Shown here piece by piece: positions 25,416 through 39,051 of a DNA stretch of 64,000 bases. The translations under genes and the position numbers were made by a program. The notes under the pieces were generated by a model. That model did no database searches. It was not told the origin of the DNA and saw nothing but the letters and a program-made list of their open reading frames with translations. Every line of letters begins with the position of its first letter. Positions within the stretch are counted from its first letter, which is position 1. This DNA comes from Octopus sinensis (Eukaryota): positions 2,976,001-3,040,000 of the forward strand of contig NC_043017.1 of the NCBI RefSeq assembly GCF_006345805.1, given 5' to 3'.

Positions 25416-26634
25416 ACCAGGGTCCATATATAGTGACTAGCAACGTCTCTCGAATTTGCTAGCTATCTGCCAAAATTTAGAATCAATATTCCGTTCTTCG
25501 TGAAATTTTGCAATATTGCAATTTTGCAATTTTCCAAACTGGACAGAGTTCAACGCAGTCAAGCATATTAGGGACTGAAATTTTATTACGAAAATATTTG
25601 TCTTGTGTTTGCAGTGGTTGCAAATCATCGGGAATTCTATGACCGTTGTTCTAAAGATAGAAGGGGAAAATAGGTTAATAAATATAATATGAAATATTGT
25701 TACTTCTTTGATGTGCGATATCCAAACTCTATTCACTATAGAGACAATTTCTCCATTAATATCATTCAGTTTGCAGACGTTTCTCTCTGAAATTTTGTGT
25801 TGGTTATAATAGTGGATAACTGAGTCGTCGTCTTATATATATATACAAATACACATTATATATATATATATATACACACACACAAAAATGGGACAAGAGC
25901 GCAAAACATCCAGACAGACGATACAAAGAAAACAAGGACGGGTCATTCGGAGTTTTCTATCCTCAGTCAAGTTCCTGATTATCTTTGCAATTTCGGCTGT
26001 TGATACTCGAGATTGCTCCAATCTGGCCAGCCCCAAGAAAAAACCAATGTAAAAGCATTAGATTCCTTGGAAGATGTTTTGATAGTCTGGTGAATATACT
26101 GGAGCGATACTTTCATAAAACCTTCTTTTATCTCCCTTCTTATGAAAACTAGTTGGTATTTGACTTTTTCTACAGATAGCAGTTGACATACGGAACGAGC
26201 AAACTCCACAGCTTTCCCCCACCACTCCTCATATCTCCTTTGTTATACCGTATCTTCCCAGAGCTATATCCTTCGCTTGAGAGTATTTTCAGTTTCACTG
26301 AACAGAATAGGTGGGACTTTAAAAATTTACGGAGGACTGAGCTTCACTGATAATTTTAAAACTTTGGTGAAATTAATTATCTAAACATAATGAATGGCAA
26401 ATTGGAGATAACAATATTACAGTAATTAATAACAGACACGGTCCCCACATTTGGTGCCTTGATTTCAAAATGATGCAGCCAGATGCATAAGAAACAAAGA
26501 ACTTGGAATTATTTTAATTATTTTACTTATATTAAGAATTCTCTCAGCACAAAACAAGAGAAACACAAGTGATATGCAAGACACATAGAGCTCCGTTTGG
26601 AAATTGTGCGAAACCCCGTAAAACAATAATGGCA

Positions 26635-27185
26635 ACATGATGATGATTATGATGATGACGACGACGACGACGACGATTATGATGACGAGAATGGTGATGG
26701 TGGTAACAATGATAATGATGATGGCGATGATAGCAACAATGGTGAAGATGACGACAATGATGACGATGATGAGGGTGATGACAATGAGAAGGAGAAGGAG
26801 CAGTAGGGTTAAGCTCATCTTTATGATGATGATGATGATGATGATGGTAGTGAGGTATAGGAGGACGATGGTGATGATAAGAAATTCAATAATGAAAAGA
26901 AGAAGAAGAAGAAGAAGAAGGAGCAGAAGAAGAAGAAGAAGAAGAAGAAGAAGAAGAAGAAAAAGACAAAGAAGAAGAAGAAGAAGAAAAAGACGAAGAA
27001 GACGAAGGAGAAGAAGAAGGAGGAGAAGAAGAACAGGAAGGAGGAGAAGAAGAAGAAGAAGAAGAAGAAGAAGAAGAAGAAGAAGAAGAAGAAGGAGAAG
27101 AGAAGAAGAAGAACAGGAAGGAGGAGAAGAAGAAGAACAGGAAGAAGAAGAAGAAGAAGGAGAAGGAGGAGAAGGAGGAGAGGGA
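26635..27185. repeat. (GAT/GAC)n followed by (GAA/GGA)n compound repeat
   Basis: Directly visible. Source of the 192-aa M/R-rich ORF. Confidence 0.95.
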
Positions 27186-28653
27186 GGTCTAATTTCTATG
27201 GTGACTCAGCAGTAGAAAAGTTTATAATATTGAATGGCAAAGCAGCGTCGAACGCATACACTTTGCTACCTTCCTTCTAAATTAGAGAATTGACAAGTCT
27301 TCACAGAAATTAATATATTCATTTCTCATTTCCTGAGAAATATCTGCAACAGCTAAAAGCTAAAAACATTTATGGTGATTATGCGTCGTTTTAATCATCG
27401 CAATTTATGGCTTGATGCTAAACACATCGCAGACAATTATTAAAAATTCTTGTCGCCAATTTCACTGCAGTTTCCACTGATAAAACATGGCTGCTGCAAG
27501 ACAGCGAAATATCCTAGTTAATTACTCTTCTTCGTTAATACGGAATAATAATCTAAATGAAGATGGTGGATGAGTTGCTGCCAGCAGTTCTAGTATTGGT
27601 ATTGGTAGTAGTAATAGTAGTAGTAGTGATAATAGTGGTATTAGAAGTCGTTGTTGTTGTTGTTGTAGTGCAGTAACAGCAGCAACATCTAATTAATTAA
27701 ACTTACTTTTATGTTATTGTGTTATTTTTAATTCAAATAGCTTTCGTTTGCTTCAATTGATAACAAATGCCTCTCAGGAGTTTCATCTGACGACGAGATG
27801 AAACGTTCCGAGATATGTATATATGTTTATTCATGTCGGTATCCATACATACATACAAACAAACATATATACATAAACACATACAGACATATATGCATGC
27901 ATACATACAGACAGACATATACGCACACATATAGTTTGATAAGTGCCAATACACGAAACTTTCGGATCTTGAGTCACTATTATATGAATATTATATGTGT
28001 GTATGTAAGAATGTTTATGTGTATGTATACATATGGGTGTTGGGACGTGTGTATATGTGATTGTGTCTATGTGTATATGTGAGTGTGTGTTTGCATGTGT
28101 ATTTGTTACTGTGTGTTTTTTTATGTGTATTTGTCCGTGCGTGAATGGCTGAGTGGTCAAGAGATTAGTGTTACAATAACGAGGTTCGACCATTGATTGC
28201 GCTATGAATGGTATGGATGCTCGACTTTATTTCTTCGAGACAACCGAATTATTGTGAGAAATACTGGGCACACTAAAATCGAGGTAAACCCTCGGGAAGT
28301 ACGTGGGTATAAATATACACTCCTATATCTATTTATATAGTGTATATAGTCTGTTTATGTGTGTGTGTGTGTGAGTGTGTCTGTGTGTGTGAGTGTGTGT
28401 GTGCTTGTGTGCGTCTGTGCGTGTGTTTAGGTACACCCACGCGTTCTCAAAGACGTGACACGAATGCATTGTATGCATTTCTGATTGTATGCATTTGTGT
28501 ACGTCTACGTTGAGCTTGCAAATGAGCACAAACCAGGCATACACACATACATACATACATACACACCAAACACACACATACACACACTTACCTACGTATA
28601 GATATACATACACACGGACACACAAGTATATCACTGTATATCCCGTATATAGT

Positions 28654-29166
28654 TTTTTCCTACTCAAGACACAAAGCCCTAAATTTTGGGAGACGAGGCC
28701 AGTCGATTAGATCGATCCCAGTAAGAGACTGGTACTTAACTTATCGACCCCGAAAGGATGAAAGGCAAAGTCGACCTCGGCGGAATTCGAACTCAGAACA
28801 TATTCGTTTTTACTCTAGGCACACGACCCGAAATTTTGGGGGAGGGGGCCCAGTCGATTAGATCGACCCTAGTATGCAAATGGTAATTAACTTATCGACC
28901 CCGAAAGGATGAAAGGTAAAGTCAACCTTGACGGAATCGGAACTCAGAAAATATACGTTTCTAATATAGACAAACGGCCCGAAATTTGGGGGAGGGGGCC
29001 AGTCAAATAGATTGACCCCAGTACCCAACTGGTACTTAATTTATCGACCCCGAAAGGATGGAAGGCAAAGTCGACCACGGCCGAATTTGAACTCAGAACA
29101 TTAAGACAGACGAAATATCGCAAAGAATTTCGCTCAGCGTGCTAACGATTCTGCCAGCTCGCAGCC
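28654..29166 (-). mobile_element. SINE family A trimer: one headed unit plus two about 150-bp B-box-to-tail units
   Basis: Units 29166-28951, 28950-28801 and 28800-28654. Confidence 0.9.
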
Positions 29167-29789
29167 TTTCCCGTATGTAGTTTGTGTGCTTGAGTGTGTG
29201 CGTGCGTGTGTGCGTGCGTGTATGTGTGTGTGTGTGTGTGCTGTATCTGTGTGTAGATGAGAAATGTGTTGAGATTAAAATATCAACTTTTTCTGCACAA
29301 GAACTAACAATTACTTACAATTATTTCAAAAGCAGTGAAATAAAAGATAATGGCAGATTAGCAAGTTCCTCTGTTGCCCTAGTTAAGGCATGAAAAACAG
29401 GCATTGATTTTCCATTGCGGTATATATATTAGACAATTCATAACTTATCAGATCCACTACAATATACACGCCACTTTAACGCATACATAAGTACGCAACG
29501 CGTGTATGTAAGTTCATATTTGTGCATGTGCGTGTGTGTGCGTGTGTCCGTGTATGTGTGCGTGCGCGTGCCTACGCGTGTGTGTGCATCTATGTTTAAT
29601 GCACACACCCATACATGCTTAGAAATGTTGCAAGCGTAAGACTTAAGTTAAATGATGCTACATGAGGACGAACGTGGAGTTGTAGTAGGACGTTTGATTT
29701 TCCAACAACAGCGTTCCGTGTTCGGTACCACTCGGGGGAGTACGGTCTACTAGTACGCTCGGTTGCTGATCAAATCCTTGCGTGTGGAT

Positions 29790-29935
29790 TCTAGTGGCTG
29801 CTTACCAACCACATGGTTCTGGGTTCGGTCGCACTGCATGGCACATTCGGCAAGTGTCTTCAACTATAGCGTTGGATTAACCAAAGACTTGTGAGTGGAT
29901 TTGTTAGGCGGAAACTGAAAGAATCCCCGTCGTAC

Positions 29936-29997
<62 letters not shown>

Positions 29998-30155
29998 TGT
30001 GTGTGTGTGTGGTGTGTGTGTGTGTGTGAGTGTTATTACGTCTCCGTAACCTACCAGTTAGGCAAAAGAGACCGATAGATTAAGTACTAGATTTACAAAG
30101 AAAAAGTCTTGGGATGGATTTGATCGACTAAAGGCGGTGCTCCAGCATGACTGCC
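29790..30155 (+). mobile_element. SINE family C with internal (TA)n(TG)n
   Basis: CTTACCAACCACATGGTTCTGGG...GAATCCCCGTCG-(TA)n(TG)n-...TAAAGGCGGTGCTCCAGCATG. Confidence 0.8.
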
Positions 30156-30166
30156 GTCATGCTGGA

Positions 30167-30210
<44 letters not shown>

Positions 30211-30224
30211 TCTTTTATCATTTA

Positions 30225-30272
30225 AGCCTTTATAGTTTCAGTCATTTGACTGCTGTCATGCTGGAGCACCAC
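30225..30272 (-). mobile_element. SINE family C 3' terminus, opposite orientation
   Basis: GTTTCAGTCATTTGACTGCTGTCATGCTGGAGCACC. Confidence 0.75.
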
Positions 30273-30543
30273 TTTTCTTCTGTTGGCCTGCTCGCTTAGC
30301 CAGCGGGGTGGCGTCAGTCGAAGGCTAAAACAATGCGAAGCGCATTGTGACCAGCAATGTGTAACAACATCTGATGGTCTGGTCGGTCACGTGATCACGT
30401 GATATATGCATACATATATACATATATATATACATGTGTATATGTATATACATATATACACACACATATGTATATACATATATATATGTATATACATATA
30501 TACACACACATATGTATATACATATATATATGTATGTGTGTAT

Positions 30544-30575
<32 letters not shown>

Positions 30576-30601
30576 CGTATAAAAATACAAAATGTGACTC
30601 T

Positions 30602-30795
30602 ACTTATTTCTTTACTACCCACAAGGGGCTAAACACAAGGGGTGGGGGGCAAACAAGGACAGAAAAAGGGATTAAGTCGATTACATCAATCCCAGTGCGT
30701 AACTGGTACTTAATTTATCGACCCCTAAAAGTTGAAAGGCAAAGTAGACCTCGGCAGAATTTGAACTCAGAACGTAACGGCAGATGAAATACCGC
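30602..30795 (-). mobile_element. SINE family A, headless unit
   Basis: Core and tail match 41041-41230. Confidence 0.85.
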
Positions 30796-31269
30796 CTTCT
30801 ATTAACTTAATAATACAAAAAAAAAAATAATAATAACTGTTCGCTATATTATTCTTATTGCTGCTACAATTAACTTACCATCCTTAATTTACAAGTTTTA
30901 ATGATCCTGTAGCTCAGCCGTTGATTACCAAGCAAATTGTATGTTGTAGAATTTTTTTCATTAATAAAAATTTAAATTAAAATTTGAAATTACGTTTATA
31001 ATACGTTTTTCCGTTTAACACTTTGTGAAGACATTAATTTTTAAAAATCTAAAAACGTTTAGAATTCGTATCACTTTTGTAACTTTGTTTTAATCTTTTA
31101 CTTTCTTAATCCTTTAATTTTATTGATTGATTTCATATCATTAACTGAAGATTATCGACCTTAACTAAATTTGTAGAATATCATTTTAAACGAATTTTTT
31201 TTTTTTTTCGTTAATGTTAATTTTCATTAGCGTTCCTTCTCGATTTAATGCATCAATAATTATTTATTT

Positions 31270-31307
31270 GCAAGGTAGTGAAGATGACGATGCTTATGAT
31301 GATGCTT

Positions 31308-31344
<37 letters not shown>

Positions 31345-31520
31345 CGAGGACGACGACTACGACGATGATGATGATGATGATGATTAAGAAGACGACGAAA
31401 ACGATGATGATAATGATGGTGATAATGTTGATGATTCTGATGTTGACGACGATGGTGATGATGATGACGACGACGACGACGATGATAGTGATGATGATGA
31501 TGATGATGATGATGATGTCT
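31270..31520. repeat. (GAT)n/(GAC)n repeat
   Basis: Directly visible. Confidence 0.95.
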
Positions 31521-32217
31521 TCCGTTAAGCTCCACTTGTTACGCCTTACCAATTCCTTGACCTACGTGTTGTTATATGCAATTTAAATCCCACAATTGTT
31601 CTTCATTTAATGGTCCAATAATTCTCGCTAGTTAATATGGTTTGATGGGAGATAATTAACGTAATCGCTATATATTGGGATCATTCGTTAATTTTTCCAT
31701 TCCTTTTGTTTTTTAAATATATTTTGATACCTACAATTTTTTTCTTTCTTTCACTCTTTCATTTAATTTGACATTCGAGTTTGTTATTAATTTTGCATTA
31801 ATGGAACCGTTTATTCTCGGATGTATTTTGATGAATTTTAAATTATATCTCTATCCTCAGTCTACCGGTTCACTTCTAGTCCACCTAGATGATTATGGCG
31901 CTAGTCACCATAATCGTTAATAACTCCAGAACTGCTCTTTCTCTTATCTCTGTATTGATTCATCTACATCCATTTCTTTATTCCTTTCATTTGCTTTATT
32001 TACAGTCAGTTTCTCCTCTCTTCCCACATCTCAAAATCCATCTGAATTCAACGACCTTGACATGGTTCTCTGTTTCATCCAAAACTATGCAATATTCTGT
32101 TTCTTCCTATACTGATACCAACCATGTCTCTCCATTGCCATTTCATTGTTTGCCCCTCATATTGATTATTGACCCGTCCCTTAATCCCTTGGGGATCGTT
32201 GGAGTGCTGCAGCCATG

Positions 32218-32512
32218 AAGCGTATGGAGGGCGAGAAGGCCTGGCATGAAGTGAAGTGTTTTGCTCAAGATCAAAACAGATCACCCAGTCCAGGGATCGA
32301 AACCACAACCCTACGGCCGTGACTCCAATATCCTAACCACTGAACGACGCGCCTCCACAAGTGGTATTCATTTCTGCAGCTGAGTGGACCGGAGCAATGA
32401 GAAATGAAGTGTTTTGCTCAAGAACACGAACGGATTGCCAGGTCCAGGAATCGAAACCTCAATTCTACGGTCGTGATTCCAACATCCTAACCACTAAGCG
32501 ACGCACCTCTAC
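32218..32512 (-). mobile_element. Two tandem 5' portions of SINE family D
   Basis: GAAGTGTTTTGCTCAAGA...GGAATCGAAACC...CCTAACCACT occurs twice (32218-32360 and 32361-32512). Confidence 0.8.
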
Positions 32513-32740
32513 ATACTGGAGCAAACAATAAACAAACCAATGAAACAACAAAGACACATATTTCACTTTCCAAACGTACACTACCACACACATTTAAGCG
32601 TAAGGTTCCCTTTATATTTTTATTCTCAGATAAATTCTAAAATAAAAGACAAGCGACTGTAAAAGTGTGAACACTGCCAAGTAAGATTTATTATGTTTTT
32701 AAGCTTATCTAGTTTATATGTTCTGTACTTAGTTTACTGT

Positions 32741-33025
32741 AGAGGCACTTGGCCTAGTGGTTAGAGCAGCGGACTCGCGGTCAGGGGATCGCGGGTTCGA
32801 ATCTCAGACCGGTGAGGTATGTGGTTATGAGTGAATCACCTAAGTTCTACGCGGCTCTGGCAGACGGTAATGGCGAACTTCTGCTGACTCTTTCTCTCAC
32901 TCTTTCCTCCAGCATCTTGCAGCTCACCTGCAACGGCCCGGCGTCCCGTCCAGGTGAGGAACCTATACGCCAAGGAAACCGGGGAACCGACCATTATGAG
33001 ACAGGCATGGCTTGAGAAGGAACAA
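32741..33025 (+). mobile_element. SINE family B, full length
   Basis: A-box TGGCCTAGTGG, B-box GGTTCGAATC, body and tail homologous to 52695-52997. Confidence 0.85.
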
Positions 33026-33059
33026 GCTTAGTTTAATAGTCTAGTTATTCATATTTTAT

Positions 33060-33360
33060 TTGTTCCAGGTATTGAACTTCGGCCCTGCTGAAGGATCACC
33101 ATCGATGTTTTTTATTGGAACAAGTCGAATCTACCATTTATTGTATCCGACTTGTTGCCAAACAAACGGATGACAAGAACGTACAGAAACCACCAAAGTA
33201 GTTGTGAGGCGGTGAGGGTACAAACACAAACGCATACACGCATATGGTTATGTCTATGTATGTATGTACGACAGTATACTTTTAGTTTCCGTCTACCAAA
33301 TCTCCGTCTACCTAAGATGCCGCGCAGTGGGAATTGAACCGAAGATGACGTGCTTGAGAT
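33060..33360 (-). mobile_element. SINE family C, highly diverged
   Basis: TTTTAGTTTCCGTCTACCAAAT...GCAGTGGGAATTGAACC. Confidence 0.5.
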
Positions 33361-33475
33361 GCACACATTTATTTCCTCAGTAAACAGGTAAAATATCACA
33401 AATATATGGAAGAGTGAATGACGTGTATGTACACACACACACACACACACACACACACCCACACACACACACACC

Positions 33476-33542
<67 letters not shown>

Positions 33543-34399
33543 CTCTGTAACATGATTTTAACGCTTTTTCAAGCTATATAACTAGATTTGCATTTTAAAA
33601 TTACTTTGAATCTTCCGACGATAAAACGTACGAAGACACGCGAATACACAGAGTGACACATGCACCCACACACATAGACATATACGTACACACACATGCA
33701 CATAAACGTATATACAAGAAGAACCATACACATACATCACACAAGCTATAAACCAAGTGGGAATGATGTTAACTAAATATTTGTTAATTAATTATGAATA
33801 GACTAAAATTAAACAAAATTAAAATTAAACTTAAAAGGAAAAAACAAAATCACTCAAATATATTTTAGCAGTGGATGGAAATGTAATCGAGTAATTAGTG
33901 AAGCCGGCTTCAGTAAAGATGAGAGTACATGCTGAATACATAACGAGATAGGTTTTTCACACATCCTCTCTAGTCTATTAGCATAGTGTATATATTTAAA
34001 CACCTGTTTGTCAGCTAAGAGGTACATATCGGTTAATAAATGATAGAGCTGACTGTAGCAGAACCAATGCAAATGATCGTTTATCATTCCTATACAGAAT
34101 TATTGAAAGCATTGGATGGAAAGAGAGAGATGGAGAGATGAAGAGATGGAGAGATGGAATGATGGAGAAATGGAGAGAGAGCAAGAGAAACAAGGGAGGG
34201 TGATTTCTGAAGAAAAGAAGCGGTATTGCTGAGATGTGTAGGGTGATGTAGAAGAGTAAAGCGTGGAGAGAGATGTAGAGTTGGCTTCGTATTAGAACCG
34301 AAAGATGGGTGGGAAGTGTGACAAGGACAAACAGACAGCCATACAGACATATTGACGACCAAACAGCCAGACAGACTGATAGATAGAAAGGCAGAAAAA

Positions 34400-34425
34400 C
34401 AGAGAGATAGATAGATAGATAGACT

Positions 34426-34504
<79 letters not shown>

Positions 34505-34570
34505 TGATGGGTAGATAGAGGGATGGGTAGATAAATAGATAGATAAATAGATGGATAGATAGATATATGG

Positions 34571-34607
<37 letters not shown>

Positions 34608-34659
34608 ATGTATATATATATATAATATAGATATACATGTAGATAGATAGATAGATAGA

Positions 34660-34725
<66 letters not shown>

Positions 34726-34810
34726 CAGAGAGATAGATGGATGGATGGGTAGATAAATAGGTCGATAAATAGATAGATAGATAGACAGATAGATAGATAG
34801 ATAGATAGAC

Positions 34811-34869
<59 letters not shown>

Positions 34870-34917
34870 TAGATAGATAGATAGATAGATAGAAGATAGA
34901 TAGATAGATAGATAGAC

Positions 34918-34974
<57 letters not shown>

Positions 34975-35010
34975 TATTAGATAGACAGATAGATAGATAG
35001 ATAGCCAGAC
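34400..35010. repeat. (AGAT)n/(TA)n compound microsatellite, about 600 bp
   Basis: Directly visible. Source of the 182-aa and 241-aa ORFs. Confidence 0.95.
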
Positions 35011-35195
35011 AAATCAATTACAAAGATATGCACGAGAGACATGCTAATTGGAAAATTATATATGTATTATATGCATATATGTGTGTGTATGAGTGTGTGT
35101 GTATGCGTGTGTGTATAGATGTATGTATGTGTGAGTGCGTGTGTACGATTTTGTATTTGTGTACGTAACGTATGATCTCTATATAGCATTGACAT

Positions 35196-35227
<32 letters not shown>

Positions 35228-35542
35228 CACACATACATACATGCATACATACATACTTACATACATACATACATACGTACGTACACACACACGTACACGC
35301 GCATATATGTACTTTAGGCAATGTGTGTGTGCAATATGTATGTCGTTTCCAGTGTCATATGTGAAATAAATGTTATCTGATGTTGAACTAAGTACGAAAA
35401 ATCGTGTACACTACCTGTGCGCATGTGTGTATATCAATTGAATACGACGTTTGTAAACGCGCGCACAAAATTACACACTAATATATATATACGTGTACAC
35501 AAACACAAATATTACTGTGTGCGTATGTGTATATATATATAT

Positions 35543-36433
35543 ACAACAACATGCAGTTTAATGCAGGTAAGTTCCAGGCCCTGCGCTACTGGCACACAAA
35601 GGTAAATGACGTGAAGACTGGATACACTGGCCCAGGAAGAATTGCAATCCCTGAGTCAAAATCAGTGCGTGACCTGGGCATTGACATGAGCAATGATGCA
35701 TCTTTCCAAATGCATATTGCTAATCTGGTGATAAAATGCAGACGGCTAGCTGGATGTATTCTCCGAACCTTCAGAACAAGAGAGAAGGAGACACTGATGG
35801 TCCTATGGAAAACATTTGCCCTCAGCCTCTTGGACTACTGCTCCCAACTTTGGTCACCACACAATATAAAACAAACAGCAGAACTCGAAGCAACTCAGAG
35901 AAGCTAGACAAAGAAAATCGTCTCAATGCAAAATGTCAGCTACTGGGAAAGACTGAAGGTATTAAACCTCTTCTCCCTGGAGCGGAGGCGGGAGAGATAT
36001 GCAGTGATATACATCTGGAAAATCCTGGAGGGTCTTGTCCCAAACTTTGGCATTCAAAGTTACTCCAACCGCAGAACGGGGCGCCGCTGCGTGGTGCCAA
36101 GGATTCCAACATCACCATCAAAATACAGGTCCAGATACTGCAACAGCTTGGGTTTCAGAGGACCACAGCTCTTTAACATCCTCCTAAATGCCTGAGAGAC
36201 TTACATGGTGTGGATGTGGGTTTCTTTAAACTAAACTGGATCTTCTTGCTGGGAGTCCCAGATGAACCTACCTCACAACAGGAGACACGGATGCGGGCAG
36301 CAGCATCGAACTCCCTTTTGATCAAGTGCCACGTATCAGAGGTGGATTCACAAACTAGTGTAGCTCATTCAGCGGTGGTGCCCCAGCATGGCCGCGGCCT
36401 TCGGGCTAAAACATTTTAAGGATTTAAGGATTT
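35543..36433 (+). mobile_element. CR1-like LINE 3' fragment, about 890 bp
   Basis: NNMQFNAGKFQ...VRDLGIDMS...LDYCSQLWSP...LE.TQR*...YWERLKVLNLFSLERRRERY...GPQLFNIL. One stop, later frameshifts, TTTAAGGA-repeat tail, (TA)n on both flanks. Confidence 0.9.
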
Positions 36434-36463
36434 ATATATATATAATATTATATATATATATAT

Positions 36464-36494
<31 letters not shown>

Positions 36495-36986
36495 GTATAT
36501 ATGTATACATATACATATGTATATATATATGCATGTATATATATGTGTTATATATATATGCATGTACATATATATGTATGTATATTATATGTATATATAT
36601 GTGTATATATATATATGCATATATATATGTATATATATATATATATGTATATATATATACATATATATATAAGTTTATCATATAAGTATGTATCAGCATG
36701 TCTAGATATGCAAGTGTATGCATGAGAATAAAAACATAAAAAAACACACGAATCTGCACATATACATACATACATACATACATACATACATACTACATAC
36801 ATAGAAATATACATGCAAAAATACCCTGGTATTCATGTTCAGAGTCCAATGAAGTAGCCTTGGATCTAGGTTAGAAAACGATTTTTTCTCTACTGACAAA
36901 AAATCTTGAAATAAAACTGAATAATGACATGTGAATCGTTGGCGATTTCTTTCCCACCGTCTTCCCTTCTTTTGGACTTAACTCTA

Positions 36987-37020
36987 TTTGTGATGAAGAG
37001 CTTTGCTCGAAACGTTAAAA
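36987..37020 (+). ncRNA. Degenerate Penelope-type minimal hammerhead-like motif
   Basis: TTT-gTGATGA-A-GAGC-TTT-GCTC-GAAAC-GTT-AAAA. Stem II is intact, core C3 is replaced by G. Confidence 0.4.
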
Positions 37021-37480
37021 CATTTCGGGCCTTGTGCCTAGAGTAGAAAAGAAACGTTAGCACGCTGGACGAAATGCTTAGCAGTATTTCTTCTGTCTTA
37101 CGCACTGAGTTCAAATTCCGCCGTGGTCGACTTTGCCTTTCATCCTTTCGGGGTCGATAAATTGAGTAACAGTTGCGTACTTGTGGCGATCCAACCGACT
37201 GGCTCACTCCCCTAAAAGTTTTGTGTTTTGTGCATAGAGTAACAAAGGATATAATCGACGAATCCCCTCACCCGAAATTTCTGGCTAAATTTGAAATCAT
37301 TGTTAATATTTCCACAGAAGCCGGCTAGCTGGCATGATCGTTAGCACACCATGCAAAATGCATACCGGCATTCCGTTCTGAGTTCAAATTTATCTAGTGC
37401 TAGCTGATGGTCGGGGGTCGATGTAATGGACTTAACTCTTCTGATGAAATTGCTGACCTTGTGCCAAATTTTAAAACAAT
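37021..37480 (+). mobile_element. SINE family A cluster: tail joined to a headless unit, then a diverged copy from about 37320
   Basis: GTGCCTAGAGTAGAAAAGAA|ACGTTAGCACG junction, core intact. Confidence 0.8.
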
Positions 37481-38060
37481 TAATGATATTTATATTATTC
37501 AAGTTAGAAATTCTGTCAACTTCTTCCTTCTTCATTTCGATATACTTGTCCAACATGTCTGATCTATCTATATACTTTTCCTAAATTACTCACCATTGAT
37601 CTGAGTCTAAGCTTTAGATTACCATGCTTAAAATAGAGGGGCACCTCCAACCATTGCACAGTAGTAAATGCGGGCGCTACTACAACACAACTAACGTTAT
37701 CACAACTAAGTTCAACTGCCGAATTACTCTCTCTCCATACTCTCTCATCTCATGATTGAAGTATTCAGTCTTAATATACAAATGAATTAATGGTGAATTG
37801 AATTCAATGATATTATCATTATCTTCTTTAGTTCCATCTATTTCGGTAGATTTAAGAATATATTTAATTGTAATGGATTGTCTGGGGTATTTGATCATTG
37901 ATAATGGCATCGTTCCCAAAATGGTCATAATTCGATCTCATAGATAGAACATGAAATAGTAATGGTATTGATTGAAGCAGGTTCTTTTTCTTTGATGTGA
38001 ACTTCAACCACTATGAATATATACGTGTGTGTATACGTGTATATAATTGTGTGCACATAT

Positions 38061-38098
<38 letters not shown>

Positions 38099-38632
38099 CT
38101 TATAAATACGTATATATCTATGTATAAACACACATATATATAAATATATATATGTCTGTATATATATAAGTGTGTGTGTGTATATGTACTTATATATATA
38201 TATATATATGTATATAGTCATCTACATATGCATGTATATGTAAAAATGAATGAATATATACATACATAAACATGTATGTATATACAGGAATGTATACACA
38301 CATAATTATTCCAATCTATATATAATATATGTATTTATATGTACACTTATCTAACAATCTCTGTGTATATGTGTGTGTATAGATAAGCGTGTGTGTATAA
38401 ATAAGCGTGTGTGTGTGTGTGAGTACGTGTGTTTGTGTGTGTGTACGTGTGGGTGCATATAGAATCACACACACTCTCACCTACAGACATATACACTCAC
38501 ATAAATATCTGCTAATGTATACATATAAATATTAATGTAAATGTATGCAAGATATTACAATGCATATATATATGTATATATATATGTGCGTGTATGCGTA
38601 AGCCTATATATATATATATATATATGTAAGCC

Positions 38633-38663
<31 letters not shown>

Positions 38664-38992
38664 ATGTGTATGTATATGTACGGATGTATGTATGTATGTA
38701 TGTATGTATATATAATTATGCATATTTGAATACACTCAGTTTGTTTTAATGGAGTCAGTAGTATGTAATGTTTTTAGCGATTATAAAACTAAAACGCAAT
38801 TGTTTGTAAAATAAGTACATCCATCAATAATAAATATATGGAAATTAAATTACTTTTCGATGAGAAACATTAATACACACACATGAGTACCCATATACTC
38901 ACTATTATCGCATATCAGTATATATATATATTCATATATATATACATATATATATATATGTTCATATATATACATACATCATATGTATATAT

Positions 38993-39051
<59 letters not shown>

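Noticed and set aside
32741-32820. tRNA-like sequences (also 24730, 49420-49498, 43640-43700, 28135-28200)
   Set aside because: A and B boxes are present, but I could not fold a proper acceptor stem or cloverleaf. They are SINE heads or remnants, not tRNA genes.
37680-37928. 82-aa non-repetitive ORF
   Set aside because: No recognisable motif, an in-frame stop just upstream, and ORFs of this size arise by chance in 64 kb.
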